Below are positions 63,551-64,000 of a DNA stretch of 64,000 nucleotides, piece by piece; the stretch's first letter is position 1, and every line of letters starts with the position of its first letter. The stretch is from Phoronis australis. Lineage: Eukaryota > Animalia > Phoronida. The stretch lies in NCBI GenBank assembly GCA_002633005.1, contig NMRA01000468.1:1-64000 (forward strand), read 5' to 3'. Position numbers and translations under genes: made by a program. Below the pieces are notes generated by a model. The model saw only the letters and a program-made list of their open reading frames with translations, searched no databases and was not told where the DNA came from.

Positions 63551-64000
63551 AGCACCTCCGGTGTATTACACCGTTCTCATGTGCTGCGTGTTAATCTACA
63601 TATGCTTGCTGACTTCAGCACCTGTATATTATAATAGGTTGCACTAAGCACACTTGGGGAGACCCAGTTTCAAGCTAGTATGTTTAAGTGAATTCAACAC
63701 ATGAAGAGTAAGGGTCATGAGTTCCGCCCGGTACATAGTACACTCTTAGAAGAGTAGCGTCTTCCTTTCGAATTGAATTATTTCTTATATTAGGCGCAAG
63801 GATCAACACACACACACAAGCACACGCACAAACACATGCGCGCACGAGCGCACACACACACACCCCCTCGACACTGCTTTTTGTAAGAAACTAACTTTTA
63901 AGTTAGTTTTACTTAAAAGTAAATCGTTCGTAGATTTCATTAAAAAGCTTGACAAAGACTGTTGTCTAATTTTCTTATAAACAGGTTTATTTTAGCACTA

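Overview
This is AT-rich eukaryotic DNA with spliceosomal GT-AG introns, most likely from a marine invertebrate (inferred from the gene and TE repertoire). It is not prokaryotic, and I found no CRISPR array, rRNA or convincing tRNA. Genes assembled by hand: a probable last coding exon at the left edge; a 3-exon glyoxalase-domain gene (GLOD5-like, minus); a LITAF/CDIP1-family gene with a candidate 18-nt microexon (plus); an intronless ER-type FKBP2 (minus); a single-exon RING + B-box + multi-TM TRIM-like E3 ligase (minus); and a 4-exon PLAC8/cornifelin-family gene (plus). The rest is a dense TE landscape: two 5'-truncated L1/Tx1-type LINEs, a young TTAA-targeting THAP (Kolobok-like) transposon spanning an assembly gap, an AT-flanked ISL2EU-like element with THAP and HIRAN relics, a pogo-like DDE+PHD relic, a KIAA1586/ZNF862-type hAT relic, a Helentron-type HINE and several MITE families. 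Non-coding signals include an intact-looking Penelope-type minimal hammerhead ribozyme, several decayed hammerhead cores and a pre-miRNA-like hairpin. All calls come from reading the sequence by eye; no database searches were run and mismatch counts are manual.
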